A DNA stretch of 64,000 nucleotides from Sedimentisphaerales bacterium (GTDB lineage Bacteria; Planctomycetota; Phycisphaerae; Sedimentisphaerales; Anaerobacaceae). Below the pieces are notes generated by a model that saw nothing but the letters and a program-made list of their open reading frames with translations, searched no databases and had not been told where the DNA came from. Positions 47,667-59,110 of the stretch are shown in pieces; positions within the stretch are counted from its first letter, which is position 1, and each line of letters opens with the position of its first letter. The stretch covers positions 160,001 to 224,000 of the forward strand of contig JAXGYC010000009.1 in assembly GCA_040772485.1 (NCBI GenBank), read 5' to 3'. Made by a program: the position numbers and the translations under genes.

Positions 47667-47733
47667 CGCCGACGCCGAGCTGGCCGACATGCAGCACCTG
47701 CTTGATCTCCTCCGCAGACATCGCGCGGTGTGA
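47667..47733 (+). pseudogene. relic copy of the rluD 3' end
   Basis: encodes ADMQHLLDLLRRHRAV*; preceded by CGCCGACGCCGAGC matching 46622-46635. Confidence 0.7.
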
Positions 47734-47786
47734 CTCAACGGCCCGTCTGAGGTGACGACGGCTCTTGCCTGGTCATGGAGGGAACG

Positions 47787-48467
47787 CTATTCCTGGGGGA
47801 GTTTGGCGAGGTCGGCGTCGGAGCCGGCGACCATCAGGATGTCCTCGGCGTAGATGATCGTGTCGGGCATCGGGATGTTGATGATCGAGTCCTTCTCGTT
47901 CTTGCGGGCCTTCGCCTCGTCGCTGCGTTTGACGATCACGAGGTTGACCTTGTACTTCTGTCGCAGTTGCAGGTCCATGACGGTCTTGCCGTCGAAGCTG
48001 GGCGGCGCCTTGATGCGGGCCAGGCTGTAGCCCGGCGCAAAGTCGATCTTCTCGCCGATCTGTGGTGCGATCAGCTTGTACGCCCATCGCTGGGCCGACT
48101 CGATCTCCGGATAGATCACTTCGGTGGCGCCGACTTTGGAGAAGACCTCGCCTGCGATGAGGCTTTCGGCCCGCGCATAGATCTGCTTGACGCCCATCTG
48201 GCGCAAGTTCACGACGGTCAGAATGGCGGCCTCGAAACTCTCCTGGCCCAGCGCGATGATGGCGACGTCCACCTTGTCGACGCCCTGCGCCTTCATGGCC
48301 TCTTCATCAGTGCTGTCGAGACGGACCGCGTGGCTGACCTGGTCCCGAATCAGCTCAATCTCGTTTCGGTTGCGGTCGACGGCAATGACTTCCGATCCGC
48401 TCATTGCCAGTGCGATGGCCAGTTTCTGGCCGAAGCGACCCAGACCTATGACGGCAAATCGTCTCAT
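47787..48467 (-). CDS. trkA: Trk/Ktr potassium uptake NAD-binding subunit
   Basis: IGLGRFG Rossmann fold, VGATEVIYPE, TrkA_C domain. Confidence 0.93.
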   Translation of the reverse strand: MRRFAVIGLGRFGQKLAIALAMSGSEVIAVDRNRNEIELIRDQVSHAVRLDSTDEEAMKAQGVDKVDVAIIALGQESFEAAILTVVNLRQMGVKQIYARAESLIAGEVFSKVGATEVIYPEIESAQRWAYKLIAPQIGEKIDFAPGYSLARIKAPPSFDGKTVMDLQLRQKYKVNLVIVKRSDEAKARKNEKDSIINIPMPDTIIYAEDILMVAGSDADLAKLPQE

Positions 48468-48479
48468 GCGATCCGTTCC

Positions 48480-50270
48480 TTAGCCGACAATGATGGCCTC
48501 ATCCGGATAGTTGTACCGGATCGGTTTCAGGTTGAACGTCAGCGCCGCCAGCAGGGTCAGCGGTCCGAGGCGTCCAATCAGCATAACGACAATGATAATA
48601 GCCTTTCCGGCCGTTGTCAAAGTCGGAGTCACTCCCGTGCTGAGCCCCACGGTCCCGAGCGCCGAGGCCGATTCGAACATGAGGTCCAACATGGTGAAAT
48701 CCCCGGAGAGAGGGCCCTCCGTAACGCTCAGTGCCAGCATGGTGATGAACAGGACCACGGCAAAGAGCATCGCGACGGTGATGGCGCGGCCGACGACAAC
48801 CAGCCGTACGCTGCGCCGGAACATCTCGACGTCGCCGCGCCGGCGCAGCGTGGCAAACACCGTCATGACGATCACGGCCAACGTCACCGTCTTGATCCCG
48901 CCGGCGCTGGAGCCGGGCGAGCCGCCGATGAACATCAGCAGCATCAGAACGATCTTGCTCGACGGCGTCATGGCGGCGATGTCCACCGTGTTGAAGCCGG
49001 CCGTGCGGGCCGTCACCGACTGGAACAGCGCCGCCAGCACGTCGGGGCTTCGGCCGGCGACCGAGCGGCCGGTGTAACGTTCGAAGAGCAGGATGGTCAG
49101 CGTGCCGAAGACGATCAGCACGGCGCTGACGCTCAGGACCACCTTGGTCTGAAGGCGCATCCGCTTGGGGACCTCCATCTGAAGCTGATATCGCCTGGTG
49201 AAGCGTTTCAGGAAGAACCGCTGGATGCGGTTGCCGGCCATGTTGGCCAGGTTGTACAGGACGCCGAATCCGAGTCCGCCCAGGACGATCAGCGGACAGA
49301 TGACGGCGTAGACCTGCCACTGGCGATTGTAGCGGATGAGACTGTCGCTGAAGAGGCCGAAGCCGGCGTTGCAGAAGGCGCTGATCGAATGGAAGATGCT
49401 GCAGAACCACCGGAAATGTGCATCGCCCTGCCAGCCGGGGATGTTGTCCCACATCGGGTACAGCAGGAGGGCCCCGGCGGTCTCGATTGCCACGGCGGCG
49501 ACGAAAATGAAGACGATCATATTCCCGATCCGGCTCAGCGTGCGTGCGCTGAGCAAATCCTGCATGGCGACGGATTCGCGGATGCTGAACGCCTGGCCCA
49601 GCAGCAGCGCGAACACCGCGCCGGACACCACGATCCCCAGGCCGCCGAGCTGGATCAGGATCAGGATGATCAGTTGACCCATGAAGGTGAAGTCCTTGCC
49701 GGTGTCCTTGACGACCAGGCCGGTCACGCAGGTGGCGCTGGTGGCGGTGAACAGCGCGTCGACAAGACTCAGGGGCGCAGCGGTCGAGGCCCGGGGAAGC
49801 ATGAGCAGTCCGCCGCCCGTAACGATCAGAACCACGAAGCTGGCGATCAACGTCTTGGTCGGGTTTCTGCCCGAGGCCGCCAGGCTCACGGAACTGATGC
49901 AGACCTTGACGGTGACCTCGATGATCAGGTAGATGCCGACGGCGAGGTGCCGCACGCGGCCCGGCTCGGTCTCGCTGAACCAGCGTCCCGAGCCCAGAAT
50001 AACGATTCCCAACGCGATGAGCATGGGAATCTCAAACCAGTTCGCGACCACGTATTCCTTCTTCGATACGGCATTGAAGAAGCGGATGACCTTGCCGATC
50101 AGGAAGATGCACAACATGCCGATCTGAATGTTGAACAGGATCGGCAGCGGCACAAAGGGCTCATCGAACCCGAAGAGCGTGACGAACGACGCGACGACCA
50201 TCGCCGACGTGATCGCTTTAATGACCGTCAACGTCTTCTCGATTCGATTGTTCTTATACGCGATGCGCAT
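48480..50270 (-). CDS. trkH: TrkH/KtrB potassium uptake permease
   Basis: TSATCVTGL, SAFCNAGF, RTAGF, GGSPGS.AGGIK, SALGTVGLS. Confidence 0.94.
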   Translation of the reverse strand: MRIAYKNNRIEKTLTVIKAITSAMVVASFVTLFGFDEPFVPLPILFNIQIGMLCIFLIGKVIRFFNAVSKKEYVVANWFEIPMLIALGIVILGSGRWFSETEPGRVRHLAVGIYLIIEVTVKVCISSVSLAASGRNPTKTLIASFVVLIVTGGGLLMLPRASTAAPLSLVDALFTATSATCVTGLVVKDTGKDFTFMGQLIILILIQLGGLGIVVSGAVFALLLGQAFSIRESVAMQDLLSARTLSRIGNMIVFIFVAAVAIETAGALLLYPMWDNIPGWQGDAHFRWFCSIFHSISAFCNAGFGLFSDSLIRYNRQWQVYAVICPLIVLGGLGFGVLYNLANMAGNRIQRFFLKRFTRRYQLQMEVPKRMRLQTKVVLSVSAVLIVFGTLTILLFERYTGRSVAGRSPDVLAALFQSVTARTAGFNTVDIAAMTPSSKIVLMLLMFIGGSPGSSAGGIKTVTLAVIVMTVFATLRRRGDVEMFRRSVRLVVVGRAITVAMLFAVVLFITMLALSVTEGPLSGDFTMLDLMFESASALGTVGLSTGVTPTLTTAGKAIIIVVMLIGRLGPLTLLAALTFNLKPIRYNYPDEAIIVG

Positions 50271-50412
50271 GGGTATCGCTTCGTTCCAGACCTCTGTATG
50301 CGATTGCAGCCAAGCGGCCTTTTACACTTTTTCTCGATAGAGTTCCAGCAAAATCGCCTCCGTCGAGGGCCTGCCCCTTGGGGGACAAGTTCCGCAACGG
50401 GGACTCCGGCGG

Positions 50413-52593
50413 TCAGGCAATATCCGCCAGTCCGATGGAATCGCCGAATTTCGCCAGCAGGGTCTGACGGATACTGCGATTCTGAATCTGTGCGAGCATC
50501 GGATCGCGCGCCGCCAGCTCGAAGGCGTGTTTGCGCGCCATGACCAGCAGTTCGGAGTCATCGACGATATTGGCGATCTTCAGGTCGGGCAATCCGTGCT
50601 GGCGGGCGCTGAACAGCTCGCCCGGCCCGCGCAGGCGCAAGTCCTGCTCGGCGATCTCGAAGCCGTCGTGGGTGCGCGTCATCACGTCGAGCCGGCTGCG
50701 CGCGACTTCGTTCTCGGTCTCGGCGAACAGCAGGCAATAGGACTTGGATTCGCCTCGTCCGATCCGTCCTCGAAGCTGATGAAGCTGGGCCAGGCCGAAC
50801 CGGTCGGCCGCCTCGATAACCATGATCGTGGCGTTGGGGACATCGACGCCGACCTCGATCACCACGGTGGAGACCAGGGCGTCGATCCGGCCCTTGCGGA
50901 ACTCGGTCATGATGCGCTGCTTCTCCGCGGACGGCATCTGCCCGTGCAACAGCGCCACGTTGAACTCGGGAAAGATCTTCTCCGCCAGCTTCTTCCATGC
51001 GTCGGTGGCGGCTTCGATGTCCTTGCCTGTCTCTTCGACGGCGGCGATACGCGGATAGACGAAATACGCCTGCTTCCTGACCTTGAGGCGCTCGCGAATG
51101 AAGTCGTAGGCGTCCTTCTGGTGACGGCGGTCCACCCAGCGCGTGATGACGGCGCCTCGGCCGGGCGGGACGTGCCGGATGATCGAGACGTCGAGGTCGC
51201 CGAAGGCGGTCATCGCCAGCGTGCGCGGGATCGGCGTGGCGGTCATCACCAGGCAGTGTGGCGTGCCGTCCTTGCGAAGCTGGGCCCGCTGGTGCACGCC
51301 GAACTTGTGCTGTTCGTCGATCACGACCAGCCCGAGCCTGCGGAACTCGATGTCTTTCTGGAGCAGGGCGACGGTGCCCACGACGATGTCGATGTCACCG
51401 TGTTGAATCTGTTCGAGCAGATCCGTGCGTTTCCTGCCTGTCAGACCTCCGGTGATCAGGACGCGCCGGACGTGGCTGTTCTTGAGGTATCGCTCCATGC
51501 TGATGAAATGCTGCGAGGCCAGAATCTCGGTCGGCGCCATGATGGCGACCTGCGTCTTGTTGGCGACCGCCAGCAGAGCGGCGTAGAGCGCCACGACGGT
51601 CTTGCCCGAGCCGACGTCGCCCTGGAGCAGACGGTTCATTGGCTCGGTCCGGCTCATGTCCGCGACGATCTCGGCGATGCACTCGTTCTGGTCCTCGGTC
51701 AACAGGAACGGGAACCGTTTGCGAATCCGGCTGTCCACCTCGTCCGAGCAGGCGCAGGCAACGGCCGAGGAAAAGTGCTGGATCCGATAGCGCCGCAACG
51801 CCAATCCGAGCTGCATCAGGAACAGCTCGTCGTACTTGAGACGGCGCCGGGCCTGGGCGAGTTTCTCCTCATCGGGCGGCATGTGGATCCACGCGAACGC
51901 CTCGCGGCGCCCGATCAGGCGATTTCGCTTGCGGAAGTCGTCCTCGTAGAACTCGCAGACGAGATCGTCGAGCCGTTCGAGCAGCGGGACGATGATGCGC
52001 TTGATCTGGGCGCTGGACAGATTGGCGGAAGCGGGATAGACGCCACCGCTGAAATACAGATCAGGCTGCGTGTGCGCCTCGTCGAGCACCATGAACTTCG
52101 GGTTGGTCATCTGAAGCTGGTGCTTGAAGAGCGTGACTTTGCCCGAGAGCATGACGACCTGGCCCGGCTGGAGCTGGTTGCGCAGGTAGCCGCCGTGAAA
52201 CCAGACCACGCGGCAGGTGCTCGTGTCGTCGCTGACCATCGCCTCGAAGATCGGCGGCCGACGATAGTTCTGATAGTCGGTGGACTCAACCAGGGCGATC
52301 ACGCTGGCGGTTTCGTTGGGCTGTAGCCGGGCGATCTTCACCGGGCTCGGCGCGAAGACCCAGTCGCGCGGATAGTACTCCAGTAGATCGCCGACCGTGT
52401 TCACGCCGAGCTGGGCGAAGGTCTTGGCGCGGGCGGGGCCGACCCCCTTGACGTACTGAACGGGCGTCGTGGGAGTGAGCGGGCCTCGGTCGTGACTATC
52501 CTCGTGCCCCTCGGTCCACAGAGGCTCGAACCCTGGCGCGCCATGCGCATCGGCCGATGCCGATTCTGTTTGTGGGTGTTCTCCAGCGTTCAT
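50413..52593 (-). CDS. recG: ATP-dependent DNA helicase RecG
   Basis: [42 protein letters not shown]. Confidence 0.96.
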   Translation of the reverse strand: MNAGEHPQTESASADAHGAPGFEPLWTEGHEDSHDRGPLTPTTPVQYVKGVGPARAKTFAQLGVNTVGDLLEYYPRDWVFAPSPVKIARLQPNETASVIALVESTDYQNYRRPPIFEAMVSDDTSTCRVVWFHGGYLRNQLQPGQVVMLSGKVTLFKHQLQMTNPKFMVLDEAHTQPDLYFSGGVYPASANLSSAQIKRIIVPLLERLDDLVCEFYEDDFRKRNRLIGRREAFAWIHMPPDEEKLAQARRRLKYDELFLMQLGLALRRYRIQHFSSAVACACSDEVDSRIRKRFPFLLTEDQNECIAEIVADMSRTEPMNRLLQGDVGSGKTVVALYAALLAVANKTQVAIMAPTEILASQHFISMERYLKNSHVRRVLITGGLTGRKRTDLLEQIQHGDIDIVVGTVALLQKDIEFRRLGLVVIDEQHKFGVHQRAQLRKDGTPHCLVMTATPIPRTLAMTAFGDLDVSIIRHVPPGRGAVITRWVDRRHQKDAYDFIRERLKVRKQAYFVYPRIAAVEETGKDIEAATDAWKKLAEKIFPEFNVALLHGQMPSAEKQRIMTEFRKGRIDALVSTVVIEVGVDVPNATIMVIEAADRFGLAQLHQLRGRIGRGESKSYCLLFAETENEVARSRLDVMTRTHDGFEIAEQDLRLRGPGELFSARQHGLPDLKIANIVDDSELLVMARKHAFELAARDPMLAQIQNRSIRQTLLAKFGDSIGLADIA

Positions 52594-52643
52594 TGCAGGG
52601 ATCATCTTATCCGCTTTTGGGCCGGTCGGCCAGCGGGACTTGC

Positions 52644-53306
52644 TCACTGGCTGAAACCGTGTTCGCCGATGAGCCGGACGAAACGGCAGCCGCAGACGTG
52701 CCGCTCGATCAGCTTGCCGTGGACTCTCTCCGCGATGACCAGCGCCTGGGTCGAGCCGCAGCCGACCGGTGCGACGATCACGCCGCCTTCGACGAGCTGC
52801 GCCAGCACCGGCGCCGGCCAGTCGGGCGCGGCTGCGGTCAGAAGGATGCGATCGAAGGTGCGCGGCACGGGCCAGCCGGCGCTGCCGTCCCCGACACGGA
52901 ACTCCACGTTGTCGATGCCCAGCTTTTCCAACACTCCCCTGGCGGCGGACGACAATTCTTCGAGCTTCTCGATGGTGTAGACCCTTCCCGCCAGGCGCGC
53001 CAGGATGGCGGTCTGGTAACCGCTGCCTGTGCCGATTTCGAGAACCATGCAGTTGCGATCCAGCCGCAGCAGTTGCGTCATCAGAGCGACGATGTAGGGC
53101 TGTGAGATCGTCTGGCCCGAGCCGATCGGCAGGGGGCCGTCCACATAGGCCTGCGAATGGTAGCCGTCCGGGACGAATACCTCGCGCGGGACCTCCATCA
53201 TGACTCGCAGAACGTCCGGGTCGGCGATATCCCGGCCCTGCAGATCGTTCCGGAGCATCCGCTGCCTGGCCTGATCGAGCATGTCCTGGTCGCGTTGTCT
53301 GTCCAT
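52644..53306 (-). CDS. pcm: protein-L-isoaspartate O-methyltransferase
   Basis: [34 protein letters not shown]. Confidence 0.95.
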   Translation of the reverse strand: MDRQRDQDMLDQARQRMLRNDLQGRDIADPDVLRVMMEVPREVFVPDGYHSQAYVDGPLPIGSGQTISQPYIVALMTQLLRLDRNCMVLEIGTGSGYQTAILARLAGRVYTIEKLEELSSAARGVLEKLGIDNVEFRVGDGSAGWPVPRTFDRILLTAAAPDWPAPVLAQLVEGGVIVAPVGCGSTQALVIAERVHGKLIERHVCGCRFVRLIGEHGFSQ

Positions 53307-53360
53307 GCGGTTCGCTGTGGCCTTCGTGCGCCCTTTCCACCCCACGGTTTTACGTTGGTT

Positions 53361-54101
53361 TCAGAACAGCAGTTTGATCGCCGCGGCGGCCGCCAGGATC
53401 TGCATGACGGCGTTGAACGCCTTCTGCGGGATGCGTCGCAGCAGGAAGATGCCGAGGACGGCGCCGAGGGCGATGACCGGCAGCATCATCAGGTCGAGTG
53501 TGAGCGATTCGCGGGTCATGATGTCGAGGTTCATGCTGAACGGGACCTTGAGCCAGTTGACGACGAAGAAGAACCACGCGCTGGTGCCGACGAAGGCGAC
53601 CTTGGGCAGCTTCATAGCCAGCAGGTAGATCACCATGATCGGTCCGGCGGCGTTGGCCATCATGCTGGTCAGACCCGCGACGAAGCCCAGGGCGGCGGCA
53701 AACCACCACTGCGTCGGGATGTGCAGGTCTTCGTTCTGGCTCCGGGTTCGCCAGTAGTTCAGCGTCAGCATGACGAGCACGATCACGCCGATGATCGGCT
53801 TGAGCTGGCGGTCGTTGATGACCCTCAGCGCGAAGAATCCGGCGACGATGCCGGCAAACGCCGCAGGCAGCAGGCGGATCATGTGAGACCACTCCGCGTT
53901 GCGCCGGTGATAGGCGGCCGCGAAGAGGTCGCCGAGGATGAGAATGCCCAGCAGCAGACCCACCGACTCCTGAGCGGGGAACACCAGCGCCATCAGGATC
54001 GTCGGCAGGATGCCCACGCCCGGTATCCCGGTCTTGGAGATGCCGACGATGAGGGCTGAGAGTGTGACCACGAACCATGCGATGGGTTCCAATTCGGGCA
54101 T
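53361..54101 (-). CDS. TauE/SafE (TSUP) family membrane protein
   Basis: GISKTGIPG, ANAAGP, FVGTSAWFFFVVN.LK; about 8 TM. Confidence 0.88.
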   Translation of the reverse strand: MPELEPIAWFVVTLSALIVGISKTGIPGVGILPTILMALVFPAQESVGLLLGILILGDLFAAAYHRRNAEWSHMIRLLPAAFAGIVAGFFALRVINDRQLKPIIGVIVLVMLTLNYWRTRSQNEDLHIPTQWWFAAALGFVAGLTSMMANAAGPIMVIYLLAMKLPKVAFVGTSAWFFFVVNWLKVPFSMNLDIMTRESLTLDLMMLPVIALGAVLGIFLLRRIPQKAFNAVMQILAAAAAIKLLF

Positions 54102-54266
54102 TCCTTATTCCTGCATAAGCGGCCATTATACTCCACCTGTGTGGGTCGTGCACTGTAGCGGTTTTGCCCCGCCGCCGCAAGCTGCTTCCTATCCCGCCCG
54201 GCTGATGGTATGATGGGGATTGCGTATGGCAACCGACCGCACCAACGCGAATTCAGGAGGTATGAC

Positions 54267-54905
54267 ATGAAAGCGAACAAGGCGCTGTATCTCGGTCTGG
54301 CGATCCTCGTCGGCGGCTGCGTTCCGGTGATTTCCCTGCAGCCGCTGTTCACGAAGGACACCCTGTTCTTCGACGAACACCTGCTCGGAACGTGGGTGGA
54401 AAACCCCAGTGACACCAGCAGCGCCTGGGTGTTCACGCGTCTCGGACAGGGCGACGCCGACACGCTGCCCGAGGCGCTCAAGGATAGCGCCGACAAGGTC
54501 TACCACTTGGGCCTGACCGATCCGGAAGGACGCAAGGGGTCGTTCTTTGCCTGTCTGGTGAAGCTCGACAGCAACGTATTCCTGGACATCTTCCCCGATG
54601 TGCTGCCCTCGGGACAGGGCGATCCCGAGAAGGCGGAGCTGTTCTACAACGCCTTCCTCTTCGTGCGGGCCCACACCTTCGTCAAGGTGGATCTCAGCGG
54701 CAATCGCATGTCGATGTGGCTGACCAACGACGACAAGATCAACGGCCTGCTCGAATCGCGGCCGAGCCCGATCGCCTACGAATCGGTCGACGACCGGCCC
54801 ATCCTGACAGCCTCGACGAAGGACCTCCAGGCGTTCGTCTCGCACTACGCCGGCGACGACCGCGTCTTCGCCGACGAGATCATCCTGGAGCGCCGCCCGC
54901 AGTAA
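54267..54905 (+). CDS. hypothetical lipoprotein
   Basis: AGGAGG RBS; lipobox LVGGC; SLQPLF..LLGTW; LTAST.DLQ.F. Confidence 0.8.
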   Translation: MKANKALYLGLAILVGGCVPVISLQPLFTKDTLFFDEHLLGTWVENPSDTSSAWVFTRLGQGDADTLPEALKDSADKVYHLGLTDPEGRKGSFFACLVKLDSNVFLDIFPDVLPSGQGDPEKAELFYNAFLFVRAHTFVKVDLSGNRMSMWLTNDDKINGLLESRPSPIAYESVDDRPILTASTKDLQAFVSHYAGDDRVFADEIILERRPQ

Positions 54906-54920
54906 GCGCAGCCCGGCGTC

Positions 54921-55679
54921 TCAATAGTCTTTGAACTTCCGCATCCGTTGCGGCCAATCTGCCAGCTGCACGCCGCCGGCCTGCGTCCATGGGCCGGACG
55001 TGTCGTACTGGCGATGCCACTTGAACGTCCAGTGTTCCTTGAGGCCCACCTTGCGAACCGACCAGTCCATGAACAGCATGTTGGTCCCGCTGTTGTGCCG
55101 ATTGATGCAGATCCGTGACATCATACACATCGCGTCCCAGCCCTCGTACTTCGGCGGTGGATCGTGATGGTCCGGTTTCACGACCTGGTCAGCACTGTCG
55201 AAGAACGCCGGCACATTGCCGGTGCCTCTCATGTCAGATACACGCCAGCCCGGATTCTCGGCGCCGATCCAGATCCATTCGTTGAGACCGTAGCTGCGTG
55301 TGCCGTGAGCAATGTCGTCAGGATATCTCGTCACCACCATCGCGTGAAAGGCATCGCCGCAGCCTTTCGGCTCACCGGGCAGAGGCTTCCGCGCCGAAGG
55401 ACATAGTACGTAGGGCCGGACCGCGCTTTTGTAGTCACGGTCGGCTGCCGTCTGTAGGGCCCGGTCGACACTCAACCCACCGTCCTCAGGAACTTGCATG
55501 GCGAACAGGATGCCCCACTGATGCAGGTTGGACTGGCAGACCGCGGACTGAGCCTGTTTACGGGCGCGCGCCGGCGCCGGCAGCAGCAGGGCCATCAGCA
55601 TCACGATGATGGAGATGACAACGAGCAGTTCGATCAGGGTGAAAGCCCGGTCGGCTCTGATTGACCTTCTCGCGCCCAT
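54921..55679 (-). CDS. prepilin-type N-methylation domain protein
   Basis: [36 protein letters not shown]. Confidence 0.85.
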   Translation of the reverse strand: MGARRSIRADRAFTLIELLVVISIIVMLMALLLPAPARARKQAQSAVCQSNLHQWGILFAMQVPEDGGLSVDRALQTAADRDYKSAVRPYVLCPSARKPLPGEPKGCGDAFHAMVVTRYPDDIAHGTRSYGLNEWIWIGAENPGWRVSDMRGTGNVPAFFDSADQVVKPDHHDPPPKYEGWDAMCMMSRICINRHNSGTNMLFMDWSVRKVGLKEHWTFKWHRQYDTSGPWTQAGGVQLADWPQRMRKFKDY

Positions 55680-55902
55680 GGCCTGTGCTCTCCTTCCGGC
55701 ACAAAGGAGTCTGGCGCGGCATTGCCTTCTGGTGGTGTCCGGCCGCTGGTGTCGTCGCTATTCGTTGTCCAGTATCGCGTTGCGGACGCGTCTGTCAAGC
55801 GCAAACCGGAAGGTCGCGTAGGACCGGGTGCACTGCGTATTTGCAGGTAGGTTCGTGCCAAGGCCAGGAAGGGGGTTCTGCCATCTCGGAGAGCGTGGCG
55901 GA

Positions 55903-56059
55903 TGTCATTTCGACCAAGAGCCTGCCCCTTCAACTGCGTTCAGGGCAGGCTATGAGCGAAGTCGAATGGTGCGAAACCCGCACGGAGAAATCTGGCCGAG
56001 GATAGGGCAATGTCCCATTCGCGGCCAGATTCCTCCACTGCGCTCCGGTCGGAATGACA
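55903..56059. repeat. nested palindromic REP/MITE-like element
   Basis: terminal IR TGTCATTTCGACC/GGTCGGAATGACA; inner stem GGAGAAATCTGGCCG/CGGCCAGATTCCTCC. Confidence 0.75.
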
Positions 56060-56145
56060 AAGTCGATTGCCGCACCCCGGTGAGGATCTACCCACAAGTG
56101 TGAAGTGCACCCCGCAGGACCTGTTGGTGAATCACAAGTGCAGGC

Positions 56146-56237
56146 CGGGTGGCAGCCTCAAGGCGCAGTGAAACGGAGCCTTGGGGATGGTACGCGTGAA
56201 CGAGCCATCCCCAAGCTGCGCTTGAGGCTGCCACCCG
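56146..56237. repeat. REP-like long inverted repeat
   Basis: CGGGTGGCAGCCTCAAG/CTTGAGGCTGCCACCCG perfect 17-bp arms plus inner CTTGGGGATGG/CCATCCCCAAG. Confidence 0.8.
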
Positions 56238-56392
56238 CCATCTGCGAGAACGGGTGCAGGCGCCAGGACTCGGGATTCTTGCGGGTTTGCAGGACGGGGG
56301 TTTTTCGGTATGATGACGGGTCTTTACCTGTGAAGGTATTTGTCTTTTGCAGCTTTTCGTTGGAGCGGCTGATTCTGGAAGGCCATGGGATC

Positions 56393-58051
56393 ATGAAGCA
56401 AGGCAACAAGAGCAAGGGCACGACCGAGGCCGAACGGGTCCGTTTCGGCGAGCCCAGGCGGTATCTCGTCGACGTGGACTCGATCTCGACCAACCAGCTC
56501 TTCACCGACTGTGTGATCGTGGGGGCGGGTCTGGCGGGTTTGCGGGCGGCGATCGAGGCCGCCGACCATCGCAACGTCATGGTGGTCTGCAAGGGCACTC
56601 TCGAGGACAGCAACACGTGGAAGGCCCAGGGCGGCATCGCCTCGGTGCTCGGCGAGGATGACACCTTCGAAGCGCACATCGCGGACACGTTCAAGACCGG
56701 AGGCGGCGTCTGCGACGAGCAGATCGTCAAGCTCGTGGTTCAGCAGGGCCCCGAACTGGTCCGCCAATTGCAGCAGTGGGGCACCGCGTTCGACCTGGTC
56801 GACGGCCAGATCGACATCACGCTCGAGGGCGGCCACTCCCGCGCGCGGATCCTGCACGCGCACGGCGACGAGACGGGGCGGGCGATTGCCGAGGCGCTGA
56901 TCGACAAGGTGCGGACCACGCCGAACATCAAGGTCATCGAGAATTTCTACACCATCGACCTGCTGACGGATGAGGCCCATCGCTGCGTCGGCATCATCGG
57001 GTGCGACCGGCCTCGCGGCCTGCAGATTCTCTGGGCGGCCAACACGATCCTCGCCAGCGGCGGCGGCGGGCAGTTGTATCGCGAGACGACGAACCCGCCG
57101 GGAGCGACCACCGACGGCGTCGCGATGGCCTACCGGGCCGGGGCGGTGCTGCGGGACGTGGAGTTCGTGCAGTTTCACCCGACGACGCTGTACGTCGCGG
57201 GCGCGTCGCGCGCGCTGATCACCGAGACCCTGCGCGGGGAGGGCGCGTACCTGCTGGATGTGAACGGGCATCGCTTCATGACCGAATACGACGCGGCGGG
57301 CGAACTGGCGCCGCGCGACGTGGTGAGCCGCGCGATTCTGGACCAGATGCGCAAGACCGAATCGACGCACGTGTTCCTCGACGTGCGGCACCTGAACAAG
57401 GAGTATTTTGCCAAGCGGTTCCCGATGATCAGCGACCTGTGCGAGAGCTTCGACATCGACGTCAGCCACGACCTGATCCCGGTGCGGCCCAGCGCGCACT
57501 ACATGGTCGGCGGCGTTCTGACCGATGTGAGCGCGCGGACGAGCATCGAGAATCTCTACGCCTGCGGGGAGGTCGCCTCGACCGGGCTGCACGGCGCCAA
57601 CCGGCTGGGCAGCAATTCGCTGCTGGAAGGGCTGGTCTTCGGGACCATCGCCGGCCGGCAGGTGGGGCAGAAGGCCCCGGCCGACGTCGCCGGCCTGAAG
57701 CACCCGCTCATCAAGTACCAGATTCCGCACTCCGACCGCAGCCATCTCGACGCCGCCGACGTGCGCAACAGCCTGCGCGCCCTGATGTGGCGCAACGTGG
57801 GCATCACGCGGACCGCCCAGCCGCTGGCCGAGGCGCAGGAGATCATCCGCTTCTGGCATCGCTACGTGATGGACAAGATCTTCGACTCGCCCGAAGGCTG
57901 GGAATGCCAGAACCTGCTGACCACCTCGCTGCTGGTCACCCACGCCGCCGAGCTGCGGAAGGAGAGCCGCGGCGTCCACTACCGGACGGACCATCCCAAG
58001 ACGGATGATGCGCATTTCCGCAAGCACATCGAGATCGTCAAGGCCAACTGA
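56393..58051 (+). CDS. nadB: L-aspartate oxidase
   Basis: GAGLAGL, AQGGIA, EGGHS, QFHPT, TETLRGEG, HY.VGG, HGANRLGSNSLLE. Confidence 0.95.
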   Translation: MKQGNKSKGTTEAERVRFGEPRRYLVDVDSISTNQLFTDCVIVGAGLAGLRAAIEAADHRNVMVVCKGTLEDSNTWKAQGGIASVLGEDDTFEAHIADTFKTGGGVCDEQIVKLVVQQGPELVRQLQQWGTAFDLVDGQIDITLEGGHSRARILHAHGDETGRAIAEALIDKVRTTPNIKVIENFYTIDLLTDEAHRCVGIIGCDRPRGLQILWAANTILASGGGGQLYRETTNPPGATTDGVAMAYRAGAVLRDVEFVQFHPTTLYVAGASRALITETLRGEGAYLLDVNGHRFMTEYDAAGELAPRDVVSRAILDQMRKTESTHVFLDVRHLNKEYFAKRFPMISDLCESFDIDVSHDLIPVRPSAHYMVGGVLTDVSARTSIENLYACGEVASTGLHGANRLGSNSLLEGLVFGTIAGRQVGQKAPADVAGLKHPLIKYQIPHSDRSHLDAADVRNSLRALMWRNVGITRTAQPLAEAQEIIRFWHRYVMDKIFDSPEGWECQNLLTTSLLVTHAAELRKESRGVHYRTDHPKTDDAHFRKHIEIVKAN

Positions 58052-58065
58052 GTCCGTCGCAACCA

Positions 58066-58809
58066 CTATGCGGCCGGAAGACGCTCGGGGTCCACTCCGA
58101 ACGGCGCCAGGTGTTTCGGCTGCATGGGGACCTCTTTGTGTATCTTTCGAAGCGCGTTGGGGCTCTCGATCGCGTTACGCAGGTTCTGCTCGTGAATGAC
58201 CTGGAGCCAGTAGGGGATGTCCTTGATGGGGCACCGGGGCACGTCGGCCGGGATCTGATTGTGCCGCCACTGCCAGATCGTTTGCGGGGCCTGTCCATCC
58301 TCCACCAGCGTGGGGCAATTGTTGTACCAGTACTCCATGAGCCATCCCCGGCGTGCGCCCAGGTCGAAGATCATTCCGAAGGGAAACACCATGACCCAGG
58401 GACGGGCGAGCTTCTCACGGTTCTGACGGTAGGTTTCGTGCAACGCGGCTACCGCATCGCGGTGAAAGGCGTCGTCGTTGTCGATGCGGGTCGTCAGCAG
58501 ATCGTAGGCCCCCGGCTCCACACCGCTCAGCCATGCGTTGGCGCCGCGCACAGGGAAGATAAGCTTCATGTTCGTCCGGCAGAGGCGCTCCATCGTCTGA
58601 ACGTGCGCATCCGGCGTTCGCGAGTCCATCATAATCCGCCAAGCGAAATCCTGGCAGCTCTGTGCGGCGATCGACGGCAGCGTAAAGGCCTCGAACAGAC
58701 GCAGACGGTGCTCCATCCAGGCATTGGGTTCGAGGCGCGCCTTCGTCTTCGGGCCATACAGGTCGACGTTGAAACGCGTCAGGATCAGGTGTTGGAACAG
58801 TTTTGTCAT
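58066..58809 (-). CDS. putative rhamnosyltransferase-family (GT-A) glycosyltransferase
   Basis: LILTRFN, RL.LFE.FTLPSI..QS..DF.W, TTRIDNDDA. Confidence 0.8.
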   Translation of the reverse strand: MTKLFQHLILTRFNVDLYGPKTKARLEPNAWMEHRLRLFEAFTLPSIAAQSCQDFAWRIMMDSRTPDAHVQTMERLCRTNMKLIFPVRGANAWLSGVEPGAYDLLTTRIDNDDAFHRDAVAALHETYRQNREKLARPWVMVFPFGMIFDLGARRGWLMEYWYNNCPTLVEDGQAPQTIWQWRHNQIPADVPRCPIKDIPYWLQVIHEQNLRNAIESPNALRKIHKEVPMQPKHLAPFGVDPERLPAA

Positions 58810-59110
58810 AACGTGCGACGCCGATTGTTGCCTCGATCTTCTCCTTCGGGCGATGAGGCAATGTGGCGGCGATAGAAATCGTGCCAACGTGCGCGGGCGT
58901 AGTGTAGAGACCTGCCCCCTGTTCCGTCAAGGCCGATAGGGACGGTCCGTTTGCCGTGTGCCCGTGACGGCATGTTATTCGCGGGCAGTAGCGTCTTACG
59001 ACGCCACGACGAAGCGCCACTGGAAAAGACTTCGTCATAGTGGTACAATGCGAGTTGGCCTTGGGCCAGATAATCAACAGTCAATTATCAATTCGGAACT
59101 GGTTCATTCC

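Noticed and set aside
45321..50543. 695-aa minus-strand and 922-aa plus-strand ORFs
   Set aside because: Antisense to rluD/PIN and trkAH, which have clear family motifs
52594..53340. Apparent long N-terminal extension of RecG
   Set aside because: It overlaps pcm in another frame; RecG homology begins near 52470
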